A DNA stretch of 64,000 bases from an uncultured delta proteobacterium (GCA_963745035.1 CAVUVW010000010.1:32001-96000); one strand, 5' to 3'. Counted from the first letter of the stretch, positions 18,834 to 28,390 are shown. The notes: generated by a model not told the origin, from the letters alone. A program made the numbers and translations.

Positions 18834-19790
18834 TCAAAGGACAACGGGTTTCTTGACGAGGCTTTCGGTGACGAAAGGGAAATTGTCCGCGAGCCAGGCG
18901 TCGATGCCGCCTTCGAGCGGGCGAACCCTGGTGATGCCTTTGGCTCGCAGCAACAGCGCCACCCGGGCGCTGGTCGCTTCGTTGGGTCACGAACAGTAGA
19001 GGACGACGTCGCGATCCCGCGGAATCTCGCCGTGGCGCTCTTCGATCTCTTCCATAGCCATACGAAGCGCACCCGGGATCATCTGAGGAAACGCCTCGAT
19101 ATCCATGGGCTGGCGCAAGTCCACGATGGAGATGTTTTCTCGGGCGGTGAGTTTGTCCATGAGTTCTTTCGCAGTGATGCGCGCAATCCGCAGCCGGCGA
19201 AGAAAGCGTTGCCGCTGGATGAATTTCCACAAAACATAAGCCGCCAAACTTCCGGCCAGGACTGCGACCAGCCAACCGCCCCAGCGCAGCGCGATCCGCT
19301 CGAGTTGATCGCTGAGAATCAAGCCCAAGCTCGTAACGGTGACGACCCAGAGGAATCCGCCCAGAGAATCGAAGATCAGGAAACGTTCTAGGGGCATGCG
19401 AAAGACTCCCGCCAGAGACGGTGCTGCGGTATTCAGGCCGGGTATAAATTTGGCAACGAGCAAAGAACGGACGCCATGCCGGATGAAAAGGTTCTCAGTC
19501 CGCCGCACGCAGGAGTCAGGTTCGAGAGAAATGCGGCACAGTAGCTTCAGTATACGGCCGCCGCGGTAACGGCCTAGAAAGTACCAGAACAGGTCGGCCA
19601 AAATAACCGCGATAAACGCCAAGGTCACCGCGAACGTTAAGTTCATTTTGCCGGCACGGGCCAGCGCGCCGGCCGCGATCAACAGAGGAGCAGCCGGGAT
19701 AGGCAGACCCAGCTGTTCGAGCAGCACCCACCCGAACAGCACAACGTAGCCATGCCTGATCAGGAAGTCGGCCGCTTGTTCCAGGCTCAA
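18834..19790 (-). CDS. DedA/VTT-rhodanese fusion, probable selenoprotein (C-S-U at UGA 18987-18989)
   Basis: DedA motifs EQLGLPIP and AKFIPG; rhodanese IVDLR..IPGA; frame continues past UGA as YCS-U-PNEATSARVALLLRAKGITRVRPLEGGIDAW. Confidence 0.88.
18950..18977 (-). promoter_or_regulatory. bacterial SECIS-like hairpin
   Basis: CAGCGCC-CGGGT-GGCGCTG; G-rich loop ~21 nt after the UGA. Confidence 0.7.
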
Positions 19791-20184
19791 GTCCCCGGGT
19801 CGCCTCGGGCAATACGCTCGCAAAAAAGAAACTAAGGACAGTCAATATCAGCGCCGCAATCGCCGATTCGACATAGATCCAACGAGCCTGGGAGCGGAGT
19901 CGTTTCTCGACGCCTTCATCTCCGACCGGCTCTTCGGTGCCGTTCATCTTGCGCGCGCCGCGCGCCGCCAAAGCGACTCAGGTCTTTTTGCGAGCCTGGG
20001 AAATAGCGAGAGTTCCCATCCAGAACGGCAGAAATAGCGCCGCATACCAGCCGCGGCTTACATCTGCATGCGCGAGGACGACCGCCATGACGACGCCCAG
20101 GACGAGCATGGCGATACCCATGAGCAGGCGCTTGCGGGTCTCCTTCGGCCCGATATTGGCGAGCTCCGCATTTCCGCCGTTCAT
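19787..20184 (-). CDS. small membrane protein, probable selenoprotein (KT-U-VALAARG at UGA 19978-19980)
   Basis: ORFs 19978-20250 and 19516-19971 are in frame across one TGA; GC hairpin follows; 3' end likely blurred by an indel in the A-run near 19825 (a TGA overlaps the DedA TTG). Confidence 0.65.
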
Positions 20185-20518
20185 CGAAAGCCACCGGTGC
20201 TTTTGTTCATTTCTTGATCTCCGCTTGGTCTCACCCTTAATAGCCGACATTGGGACATCCGGCTAGAGTCCGCTGATGCAGATAGACCATATTGTTGGGC
20301 GATCGGTTAGGTCGCGGTGATCTACGAAACGGCGCCTGAGGCAGTAGAGGCGCGCGCCAAGAACTAATGGCTATCGAACAAGATTTGAAACTTGCTGACG
20401 CCGATTCTCTCCCATCCGTCGTCGCCTCTGGGGTCGGGCCGGAGTCATTGAAGGGAAGGCGCGCGTGAAAAGCGTGTTGCGGCTCGGGCCCACTCGGAGT
20501 AAAGCTCGCTCGTGATCT

Positions 20519-21904
20519 ATGGCCAGCGCTGATTCACCTGCTACCCTGGTGCAGCAAATCGCCCGCAACGTGCTCGACGTCGCCGCCGCGGCGATTCCTT
20601 CGGAGGTCGTCGAGCATACCAAGGCGCTGATCCTCGACTCCATCGGCTGCGCCTTGGCCGCGGCCGAGGAGCCGGCGTTCGCGCGCGCGTCGCGGGTTTT
20701 CGCGCAACTCGGCGGCAACCCGGACTGCACCGTCATCGGCTCGGCGCGCCGGGTCAATCTGCCGCAGGCCGTGTTGCTGAACGGGATTTTGATTCGCTCG
20801 CTCGACCTGAACGATGCCTACATCGGTCCCGGACAGATGGGGCATCCGAGCGACAATATCGCGGTGGCGCTTTCCGTCGGCGAAAAGTTCCGCGCCTCCG
20901 GACTGAGCGTGATCGCCGGCGTAGCGCTCGGCTACGAGATCTACTGCCGCATGCAGGACATCATTCCGACGCGCGCCACCTGGGACCACACGACCGCGTC
21001 GGCCCTGGCGGCGCCTTTGATTGCCGGCCGCTTGATGGGATTGAACGCGGAGCAGCTTACCCATGCGGCTGCACTGTCGGCCACGCACGGCAACACGCTC
21101 GCCGTCGTGCGTACCGGCCAGCTCGCCAACTCCAAAGCGAGCGCCAACGCCATGGTGGCATCCCAAGCGGTGCTGTGTTCGTTGCTTGCCGCCGAGGGCA
21201 TGACCGGCCCGTTGGGGGTGATCGAGCATCCGCGCGGTCTGAGCACGGGCATGCTCGCCGGGGCAAAATTGGATCTCCTCGCTCAACCGATCGGCGACCG
21301 CTATCGAATCCTGAGCTCGGCGATCAAAGCCTACCCCTGCATCGGTACGGCGCAGACCCTAGTCGCCGGCGTGCTGCAAGCGCGCGGCGGCATCGCCGAT
21401 CCGGCGCGGGAAGTCGAACGCATCGAAGTGGCCATGGCCGACATCCCGATCGTCCGCGCTCAAGCGGCGGACGAACAACGGCGCCACCCGGAAACTCGCG
21501 AAAGCGCCGATCATAGCTTCTACTATCTGGCGGCGGCGGCGCTGTCGGACGGTGAAATTTCCGAAGCGCAATTTGCCCCCGGGCGCTGGCTGCGGCCCGA
21601 AATGAGAGAAGCGATGGCGCGGGTCTCGCTCCGCACCGACGCGAGCTTGAACAAATACACGCCCGGCAGCTACCCGGCCGTGGTGAAGCTGATTCTGCGA
21701 AGCGGCGAGAGCCGCGAAGTGGAGGTCATTTTTCCCAAAGGCCATCCTAACAATCCCATGTCGCCGGCCGAAGTCGAGGCCAAATTCCGCGCCTGCGCGC
21801 GCGGGAGAGTAGCGCCGGAGCGCCAGGAGAAAATGATCGGAAAGGCGCGCGAGCTGGAAAAACTCGCGTCCGTGGCCGAGCTCATGAACGATCTGGCAGC
21901 TTGA
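20519..21904 (+). CDS. MmgE/PrpD family protein
   Basis: ILDSIGCA, LDLND, GHPSD, KAYPC, KGHPNNPM. Confidence 0.9.
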   Translation: MASADSPATLVQQIARNVLDVAAAAIPSEVVEHTKALILDSIGCALAAAEEPAFARASRVFAQLGGNPDCTVIGSARRVNLPQAVLLNGILIRSLDLNDAYIGPGQMGHPSDNIAVALSVGEKFRASGLSVIAGVALGYEIYCRMQDIIPTRATWDHTTASALAAPLIAGRLMGLNAEQLTHAAALSATHGNTLAVVRTGQLANSKASANAMVASQAVLCSLLAAEGMTGPLGVIEHPRGLSTGMLAGAKLDLLAQPIGDRYRILSSAIKAYPCIGTAQTLVAGVLQARGGIADPAREVERIEVAMADIPIVRAQAADEQRRHPETRESADHSFYYLAAAALSDGEISEAQFAPGRWLRPEMREAMARVSLRTDASLNKYTPGSYPAVVKLILRSGESREVEVIFPKGHPNNPMSPAEVEAKFRACARGRVAPERQEKMIGKARELEKLASVAELMNDLAA

Positions 21905-21990
21905 ATTTGTGCTCGTGGTCCGTGTTCGTGCAGTCTAGTCGGTCACGTTTCCCGGACACGATCACGATGGTCAAAGCAGGTGGGCCTTTT

Positions 21991-22926
21991 TCAACGGCCT
22001 AATGACATATCTCTGATCAGCGTGTCGATGAAGCCTTCGTCGTCGAGCTCCTTCACCCAATGGAGATCCCAGAGAGCGAGCGGATTCAATCCCTGGGCGC
22101 CGTATTCGTCGCAGGCGATCTCATAGGTGGCGGCCAGGGCCTGCGGGGTCGGATACGGCTTGATCTGGAGCTTCCCGACGATGGCGTCGAAGTGCTTCTC
22201 CATCTCGTGCGCGTCACTGATTTCCATGCGCCGCATCGGCTCTGCCGTGACGACTCTCATGGCTTCCTCTTTGCGATGCTTCATCCAACAAATGCCGTGA
22301 ATGACCGCCTTCACATAATTTTTTAATACCGCGGATTTCTTGCGCGCGAACTCGGCGGTGCACGCCTGGGCGTAATGGCTCACCACGGCAAGATCGGGAA
22401 CCGGGAGAATTTTTAATCCGGCTTTCAAGGGCTCCGCCTGGTAGAGCGGATCCATGAAGCAAGCGATGCATTCGCCGCTGGCGACTTTCTTCCACTGCCC
22501 CCATCGGCCCACGTCCGCGTCCTTGAAGATGGGAACTCCCACTTTGCCTTCCAGTCCCATCATCCTCAGCCAGAGCGTGATCGCAAAAGGCCGGCCCGAA
22601 TCCCGGACCGCCATGTTCTTGCCGACGAATTCGCTCGCGTTGTCGACGTGCTGGGGCACCATCAAATCCAAACCGCGGACGATGCGGGGGGCGCAGAAGA
22701 AAGTAATTTTCTTCCCCTTGGCCGCTTCGGCGTAAAGAAATTCCACGTGATCGATCAACACGTCGGCCGAATCGTCGAACAGCGAAGCTTCGAACTCGGC
22801 ATAAGGTTTGATCTTCAAAACCTCGACGTCGATACCATAATGCTTCGCGCCCATTTCCTTGATGCAATAGATGACCGGAGTTCGATCATCGTCGCGATAG
22901 GCGACTCTTACAGTGTCCATGGACAT
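21991..22926 (-). CDS. ABC substrate-binding-like protein (NitT/TauT fold), no obvious signal peptide
   Basis: C-terminal KPYPT...WDLHWVKELDDEGFID resembles the other SBPs in this window. Confidence 0.7.
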   Translation of the reverse strand: MSMDTVRVAYRDDDRTPVIYCIKEMGAKHYGIDVEVLKIKPYAEFEASLFDDSADVLIDHVEFLYAEAAKGKKITFFCAPRIVRGLDLMVPQHVDNASEFVGKNMAVRDSGRPFAITLWLRMMGLEGKVGVPIFKDADVGRWGQWKKVASGECIACFMDPLYQAEPLKAGLKILPVPDLAVVSHYAQACTAEFARKKSAVLKNYVKAVIHGICWMKHRKEEAMRVVTAEPMRRMEISDAHEMEKHFDAIVGKLQIKPYPTPQALAATYEIACDEYGAQGLNPLALWDLHWVKELDDEGFIDTLIRDMSLGR

Positions 22927-22968
22927 TAACCTCTCTGCCGCAGGTGTAATCGACTTAGTATTGTCCGC

Positions 22969-24294
22969 TCAGGAGTTTGGCTTTACTCCAACGGCGCAGT
23001 GGAACGGCTGCGCGATAAAGTACGTTCCGTCCGCGACCGCTTGCGCCATGGCCGCGTGCCATACTCGTGTTTCCTCGGCCGTGAGGGCGCCGAGAATGGC
23101 GCCATGCGTAAATTGCGCACGCGGCGTAGCGGTGTCCGCGGAGGTGGCAAGTTGAGGCCACGTCTGTACGCTTGTGAGCCCCGAGCCGCGAAAACGCCGG
23201 TAGAGACTGGCATCGGCGCACCCCTGGGCGCCCACGAAGCCGCGCGGAATTTGCACTTTGGTTTTTAGCTCGGGGCTTAAGGGGAGATTCACCACCAATG
23301 GGATATCGATCGCCCGCGTTATCACAGCTACGCGTCCGCCGGGTTTTGTGACCCTGATCAATTCGGCGAGCATGCGGTCCGCGTTTCCCTCTTCGAGCAC
23401 CGTAAACGATAGCGCGACGTCGACGTGATCGTCGCCAAAGGGGAGAGCCTCGGCATCTCCTTCTTGAAAGGTAATTACATCCGCGAGATCCTCCTGAAGT
23501 GCAAGCGACTTTGCTTCGCGGAGGAGATATGGATTGACGTCGACGCCGACGATGCGATTGTTCCGGACCGTGTGACGGGCGAGCCATCGATCCAGCACAC
23601 CCGACCCGCACCCGACCTCGAGGATGACTTCGCCTGGGCGTGGTTGCGCCAAATCGATCGAGCGCTGTACGACGCTGAGATAGCCGCCTGGGCGCCCGCG
23701 CGATTCGAGCATCGCGAGAAAACCCAGTTCAGGACCGCCGAGCGTAACCGTGCGGCAGCGCGCGCTGAGGCTGGACAGCAGAGGGTCCCATTGAGACGCC
23801 GCCAAACTCAGCGGCAGCAGAACGAGCGGCGGGCCGCCGCCTTGAGCGTGATATGTAATGCCTGCGATCTCACCTTGAACGTCGGCGGACACGGTTCCGT
23901 CATTCTGCGGTTGCTCTCTCTTTAGGAAGCGAAGCAAGGCGCTCTCGATGTCCGCGCGGCAGTCGGCGACAGGGTCCGCCCACGGCGGACTGAAATAACC
24001 GGTGAGCCAAACTACCGCGGCCTCCGGAAGGTTTGTGACCGCCTCGCGCACCATGGCCGCGGGGCGTCCCTGATCGCCCGCGATGATCAGCAGCCGGCTG
24101 CCCAATGCGCGGAGACCTGGATCGAGACGCGGCGGACAGACGAGGGTCAGCGATGCGATTCGCTCCGAGTAAGCCTCGGCAAATCCCGTGACGTCCGCCA
24201 GCATGGAAGCCGCGAAGTGAGCGCGCTCGATTGCCAGATGATCGAGCACCTGGGCAAGACGGTCAGCGACGGCAATGTTCGCTTCTGTTGTCAT
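22969..24294 (-). CDS. alpha/beta-hydrolase-like domain fused to a class I SAM methyltransferase
   Basis: ILEVGCGSG, GDAEALPF, ELIRVTKPGG; N-terminal hydrolase-like segments. Confidence 0.8.
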   Translation of the reverse strand: MTTEANIAVADRLAQVLDHLAIERAHFAASMLADVTGFAEAYSERIASLTLVCPPRLDPGLRALGSRLLIIAGDQGRPAAMVREAVTNLPEAAVVWLTGYFSPPWADPVADCRADIESALLRFLKREQPQNDGTVSADVQGEIAGITYHAQGGGPPLVLLPLSLAASQWDPLLSSLSARCRTVTLGGPELGFLAMLESRGRPGGYLSVVQRSIDLAQPRPGEVILEVGCGSGVLDRWLARHTVRNNRIVGVDVNPYLLREAKSLALQEDLADVITFQEGDAEALPFGDDHVDVALSFTVLEEGNADRMLAELIRVTKPGGRVAVITRAIDIPLVVNLPLSPELKTKVQIPRGFVGAQGCADASLYRRFRGSGLTSVQTWPQLATSADTATPRAQFTHGAILGALTAEETRVWHAAMAQAVADGTYFIAQPFHCAVGVKPNS

Positions 24295-24392
24295 CGGCGC
24301 ACCTCCTGCTTGCGACTGCGCGGCACAGAAAAAGGTCTAACGGTGTCGGTAGGCGGCCTTTTGCTCTATGCACCGGCGTCATCTCGAAACGA

Positions 24393-25211
24393 TTAAATCT
24401 CGACAATGATCACGTGTGCCTGGATCTTGCCGTCCACGGCTCCACGCCCGAACCGGTGGGCGATGGCTTCAGTGGCGACATCGGTTGTTTCCTCAAGCCG
24501 TGAGGCAGCCCTTGCTTCGATCTCGTTTCGCAGGGGCGTCCCCTGGCAGTAGGCGATGGCTGGAATCCGCGATGATTCGGCGCGACTGCGAGCGGCCACG
24601 GTGACGATCTGTGGCCGCGCAGTGAATCCGCCATTCTTTAGGTCACGCTCGATGGTTTCGTGATCGTAGTATCCATGCGGGGTGCGGACAAGGAATCTCG
24701 GTGGGGCGTCGGGAAAGACGCTTTCGAGCGCGGTTGTCACGGTATCGGCAAAGTCGTTTTCTTCGATCCTATCCCAGACGTTGAACATGAAAATGCCGCC
24801 TGAGCGCAGCACTCGCCGCGCTTCCGCATACGCCTTTGACTTTTCGGGCAAGAACATCAGGCCGAACTGGCACACTACGGCGTCAAACGTCTCGCCTTCG
24901 AACGGAAGTTGCATGGCATTTGCCTGGCGCCACTCGACCACGCGCTGCGTCCCCATCGCAGCCGCATAGTCGAGCATCGGTTGATTCAGGTCTGTGGCCA
25001 CGATGGACACATTCTCGGGCAGCACGGCTGCCATAGCGCGCGTAACGACGCCGGTCCCGGCCGCGATTTCGAGTACCCGAGAGAGGCGTCGTCCGGCGAG
25101 TCGATGCGCGAGGTCCGCTGCATAGGGCTCGAAGATCAGCGGAACCAAATACCTATCGTAGAGTTCCGGAATCGAACCGGCGAAGACTTTGTCGGTATCT
25201 TCCCTGCTCAT
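24393..25211 (-). CDS. class I SAM-dependent methyltransferase
   Basis: FAGSIPELYD, VLEIAAGTG, VVCQFG. Confidence 0.9.
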   Translation of the reverse strand: MSREDTDKVFAGSIPELYDRYLVPLIFEPYAADLAHRLAGRRLSRVLEIAAGTGVVTRAMAAVLPENVSIVATDLNQPMLDYAAAMGTQRVVEWRQANAMQLPFEGETFDAVVCQFGLMFLPEKSKAYAEARRVLRSGGIFMFNVWDRIEENDFADTVTTALESVFPDAPPRFLVRTPHGYYDHETIERDLKNGGFTARPQIVTVAARSRAESSRIPAIAYCQGTPLRNEIEARAASRLEETTDVATEAIAHRFGRGAVDGKIQAHVIIVEI

Positions 25212-25216
25212 GAGAG

Positions 25217-25492
25217 TCACGCTTTGGTGCGAAACCGGCGGGACAAAAACCAGGCGGCGCCGGCCGGCACTCCGAAGACGACGACGTGCACGGCGAGTTC
25301 GGTCAGCACGGAGTAGCCGGCAACGAAGACACCGATGAAGAAATTGACGATGGACGCCGCCAACCAGATCCAAACGAACACGCGGGCGCCGTCCACGGGC
25401 GCCCGCGTCTTGCGCTGATTGAGTTGGGCGGCGACGAAGACGAACAGAGACAGAAGAATAAGGCCGATCACCGTGATTCTAAGCGTGTGCAT
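25217..25492 (-). CDS. small membrane protein
   Basis: 91 aa, three hydrophobic segments. Confidence 0.65.
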   Translation of the reverse strand: MHTLRITVIGLILLSLFVFVAAQLNQRKTRAPVDGARVFVWIWLAASIVNFFIGVFVAGYSVLTELAVHVVVFGVPAGAAWFLSRRFRTKA

Positions 25493-25759
25493 TGTAGCTG
25501 TCCGTTAGCAGGCTGTTGAAAAAGGTCACCTGCTTCGTTGCGTTCGATCGCCTCGCTGCCACATCAGGCAAAAGGCAGTAGGCAACAGGCAACAGGGAAA
25601 CATCCCAGTGGAACTTGTTTTTAAGCCGGTCACTTCGAGAGCGCACAGTTTTGCCTCGAGCCTGTCCTGAGACTTGTATGATGGATGTCGGCTCTGAACC
25701 GGGAGTGCTCTGCTACAATGCCCGAAACGCCAAAGGCATTGTGCAAGGAGGCACTCAGC

Positions 25760-26854
25760 ATGGGACACAAAGCGTTTATACCACAAGAGTACGATGTGTT
25801 TGCGGGCTTGGACGTAGATAAAAGAAGCATCTCGGTGACCTTTAGCAACCATCAGCAAGGATTTGTCCGATCGTTGCACATGCCGTACAGCGTGGAGCAC
25901 TTGCTCAAGCACGTACGCAAGCATTATCCCGATCAGAAGGTTGCGTTTGTCTATGAAGCTGGACCGACGGGGTATGGATTGTATGATGGGCTTTCGGCCC
26001 AGGGGTATAACTGCTTGGTGGCGGCACCTTCGATGATCCCTCGAGCTCCCGGGCAAAGAGTCAAAACCAATCGCCTCGACAGCCGAGGGTTGTCGGAGAG
26101 CTTGCGCGGTGGACAGTTGAAGAGCATTCACGTGCCTTCGCCCATTTATCGAGAGCTTCGCCATCTCACCCAGCTGCGCGACACCTTGGTCAGTGAAGTG
26201 GCGGGGATGAAGCAGCGGATTCAATCGCTGTTGCTGTTTGAGGGGATCGCTTTCCCAGCGGCTCCCGCTGGGAGCCGCTGGTCTTTGAAAGTGAAGAGCC
26301 AACTGAGGAAACTTCAGTGCTCTAAGAGCATGCGCTTTAAACTCGATCAGTTGCTCGACAACGTGGAGTTTTCTGAGAAGCAGGTCGTGAAAGTGACCAA
26401 AGAGATTCGCAAGCTCTGTCAGAACGATCCTGAACTGGCGCAGTGCATGAAGTATATGATGAGCGTTTGTGGCATCGGCTGGATTGTGGCCAGTCAGCTC
26501 CTGGCTCGTATCGGTGATTGGCGGGAACTTAAAAACGTGCGTCAGCTGGCAGGGTTTTTGGGGCTGGTTCCGAGTGAGGACTCTACGGGAGAGAAAACCG
26601 ATCGAGGCTCGATCACCCGCACGGGACATGGCCGCCTGAGGAGTAAACTCATCCAAGCGGCCTGGTCGGCGATTCGCCAAGATGGTGAACTTCGGGAGTT
26701 TTACAGTTCGGTATGCCGCAGACACCCGCGGCATATGGGTCCGCGAGTCGCCATCGTCGCCGTGGCGCGCAAGCTCAGCACCCGGATTGCTGCGGTGTTG
26801 ATGGAACAACGGCCCTATGTGATGAGACAGAAAAAGTTCATTCAGCTCCTTTGA
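25760..26854 (+). CDS. IS110-family DEDD transposase/recombinase
   Basis: AGLDVDK, YEAGPTG, KTNRLD, GLVPSEDSTG, VAVARKL; GGAGG RBS. Confidence 0.95.
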   Translation: MGHKAFIPQEYDVFAGLDVDKRSISVTFSNHQQGFVRSLHMPYSVEHLLKHVRKHYPDQKVAFVYEAGPTGYGLYDGLSAQGYNCLVAAPSMIPRAPGQRVKTNRLDSRGLSESLRGGQLKSIHVPSPIYRELRHLTQLRDTLVSEVAGMKQRIQSLLLFEGIAFPAAPAGSRWSLKVKSQLRKLQCSKSMRFKLDQLLDNVEFSEKQVVKVTKEIRKLCQNDPELAQCMKYMMSVCGIGWIVASQLLARIGDWRELKNVRQLAGFLGLVPSEDSTGEKTDRGSITRTGHGRLRSKLIQAAWSAIRQDGELREFYSSVCRRHPRHMGPRVAIVAVARKLSTRIAAVLMEQRPYVMRQKKFIQLL

Positions 26855-26859
26855 CCCAA

Positions 26860-27080
26860 GAGGAGACATCGCCCCAGGGAACGGCTCGACGACTTTGAGA
26901 ACCGGGAGAAAGAAACTCCTGACGGTTCGATCCTTGAGACAGAGATCCCGGGGCTTTGTGCCTTAGAGAGGGGCGCATTTTAAGTCAGTGTGACGGCCGG
27001 GTGCCGTGCCACGCATAGCAGCAAGTCTCTCTTGGCCGGGAAAGAAGAAGGGATAAACTAAGAGCATTCGCGGTGTAGCG
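26860..27080 (+). ncRNA. putative seekRNA/bridge RNA in the IS right non-coding end
   Basis: CGACTTTG (26890-26897) is the reverse complement of target CAAAGTCG; CATAGCAG and CAAGTCT (27014-27028) match both strands of the donor junction. Confidence 0.7.
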
Positions 27081-27208
27081 ACTTGACATCCACATAGCAG
27101 CAAAGTCGAAGGATCGATTTCTCGCGCGCCTCGCATCTGGAACTTTTGAACAGCCTGGAATCAGAGTTTTTCAACAGTCTGTTAGGGTCTGTCGCACTAG
27201 GCCAACCA

Positions 27209-28390
27209 TCACACGAGCTTCACGGTCAACGGGTTGTACGAGTAGAGCCACGCGTTTCGATCGGCGCCTTCGTCGCGCGCGGCGAACACTTGGCGGAGCT
27301 TCGGCTGGTCGCGCATGTGGAACAAAGTGCGGTTGGCATCCGATCCTTTAACGATGCGCGAGGTGCGCGGGATGCGGTTGCGCTCGTAGAGCTTGAGAGC
27401 CTCGGCAGCGTCGTCCGTCGCTTGCAAGGCGCGGGTAAGGACGGCGGCGTCTTCGATCGCCATACATGCGCCCTGGGCGAGGTAGGGCAAAGTCGCGTGG
27501 ACCGCGTCGCCGAGCAAAGTCGCGCGCCGGGTGCTCCAGCTCGCGATCGGCGGGCGATAGTAGAGCGACCAGCGAAAGCACGAGTCTTTATCGACCCGAT
27601 CGATGACCGTCTGGATGTCGGGATGCCAACCGACGAAATCGGCCTTGAGCCGCTCCCACGGAAACTTGGCGGTCCACGATTCTTCGGAGATCTCTTCGGT
27701 TTCCACCAGCCCGACGAAATTGAGCAAAGCCCCCGCGCGGAGATAATAGCAGACCACGTGCGCTCCGGGCCCCATCCACACCGACATGACTTGACCCATG
27801 AAGTTGTCGGGCAACTGATCGGTGGGAAGCGTCAGCCGCCAGGCGGCATCGCCGGTGTATGCGGCATGGTCCGCGCCTGCGATCTGCGCGCGCACCGCGG
27901 ACTTGACGCCGTCCGCGCCGATCAACAGGTCACCTTTGGCCGCGGAGCCGTCGGCGAAGCGAAGCTCGACCCCGGCCGCGGTTTCTGCGAAGCCGACGAC
28001 CCGGCGGTTGAGGCGCACGACGTTCTTGTCGAAGTCCCGCGCCCTGGCGGCGAGCACATCGTGAAGGTCGGCGCGGTGAAGTTGATTGTACGGCGCGCCG
28101 TTCAGCCTCTCGTGCTCGGCGGCGAGCGGAAACTGGCCGATGACCTCACCGATATCGTGAAGTCGAAAGACATAGGCGCCGGGCCGGACCGAAAGCTTGG
28201 CGATGGTCTCGCCAAGCCCGAGGTGGTTGAGCACGTGCATGGCATTGGCGCTCAGTTGTATGCCGGCGCCGATCTCGCTCAGCTCCGGCGCCTGCTCATA
28301 GATCTCGACCTCGTAGCCCGCCTTCATGAGGCAGGAAGCCGCCGTCAGGCCGCCGATGCCGGCGCCGGCGATCAGAATCTTTTTGACCAT
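27209..28390 (-). CDS. FAD-dependent monooxygenase (salicylate hydroxylase-like)
   Basis: GAGIGG, GADG, LLGDAVH, QGACMAIED. Confidence 0.92.
   Translation of the reverse strand: MVKKILIAGAGIGGLTAASCLMKAGYEVEIYEQAPELSEIGAGIQLSANAMHVLNHLGLGETIAKLSVRPGAYVFRLHDIGEVIGQFPLAAEHERLNGAPYNQLHRADLHDVLAARARDFDKNVVRLNRRVVGFAETAAGVELRFADGSAAKGDLLIGADGVKSAVRAQIAGADHAAYTGDAAWRLTLPTDQLPDNFMGQVMSVWMGPGAHVVCYYLRAGALLNFVGLVETEEISEESWTAKFPWERLKADFVGWHPDIQTVIDRVDKDSCFRWSLYYRPPIASWSTRRATLLGDAVHATLPYLAQGACMAIEDAAVLTRALQATDDAAEALKLYERNRIPRTSRIVKGSDANRTLFHMRDQPKLRQVFAARDEGADRNAWLYSYNPLTVKLV

Larger units (their letters stand above)
25670..27100 (+). mobile_element. IS110-family (IS1111-type) insertion sequence with AG core, inserted in a REP
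   Basis: Subterminal IRs TATGATGGATGTC / GACATCCACATA; circle junction gives TTGACA-N17-TATGAT; empty site CCTGTCCTGAGCAAAGTCGAAGG. Confidence 0.85.

Noticed and set aside
24331-24360. attC remnant (GTCTAAC...GTAGGC)
   Set aside because: Too short, with no L boxes or extended palindrome
25526-26869. 447-aa antisense ORF over the IS110 transposase
   Set aside because: Antisense shadow of the transposase with no domain signal
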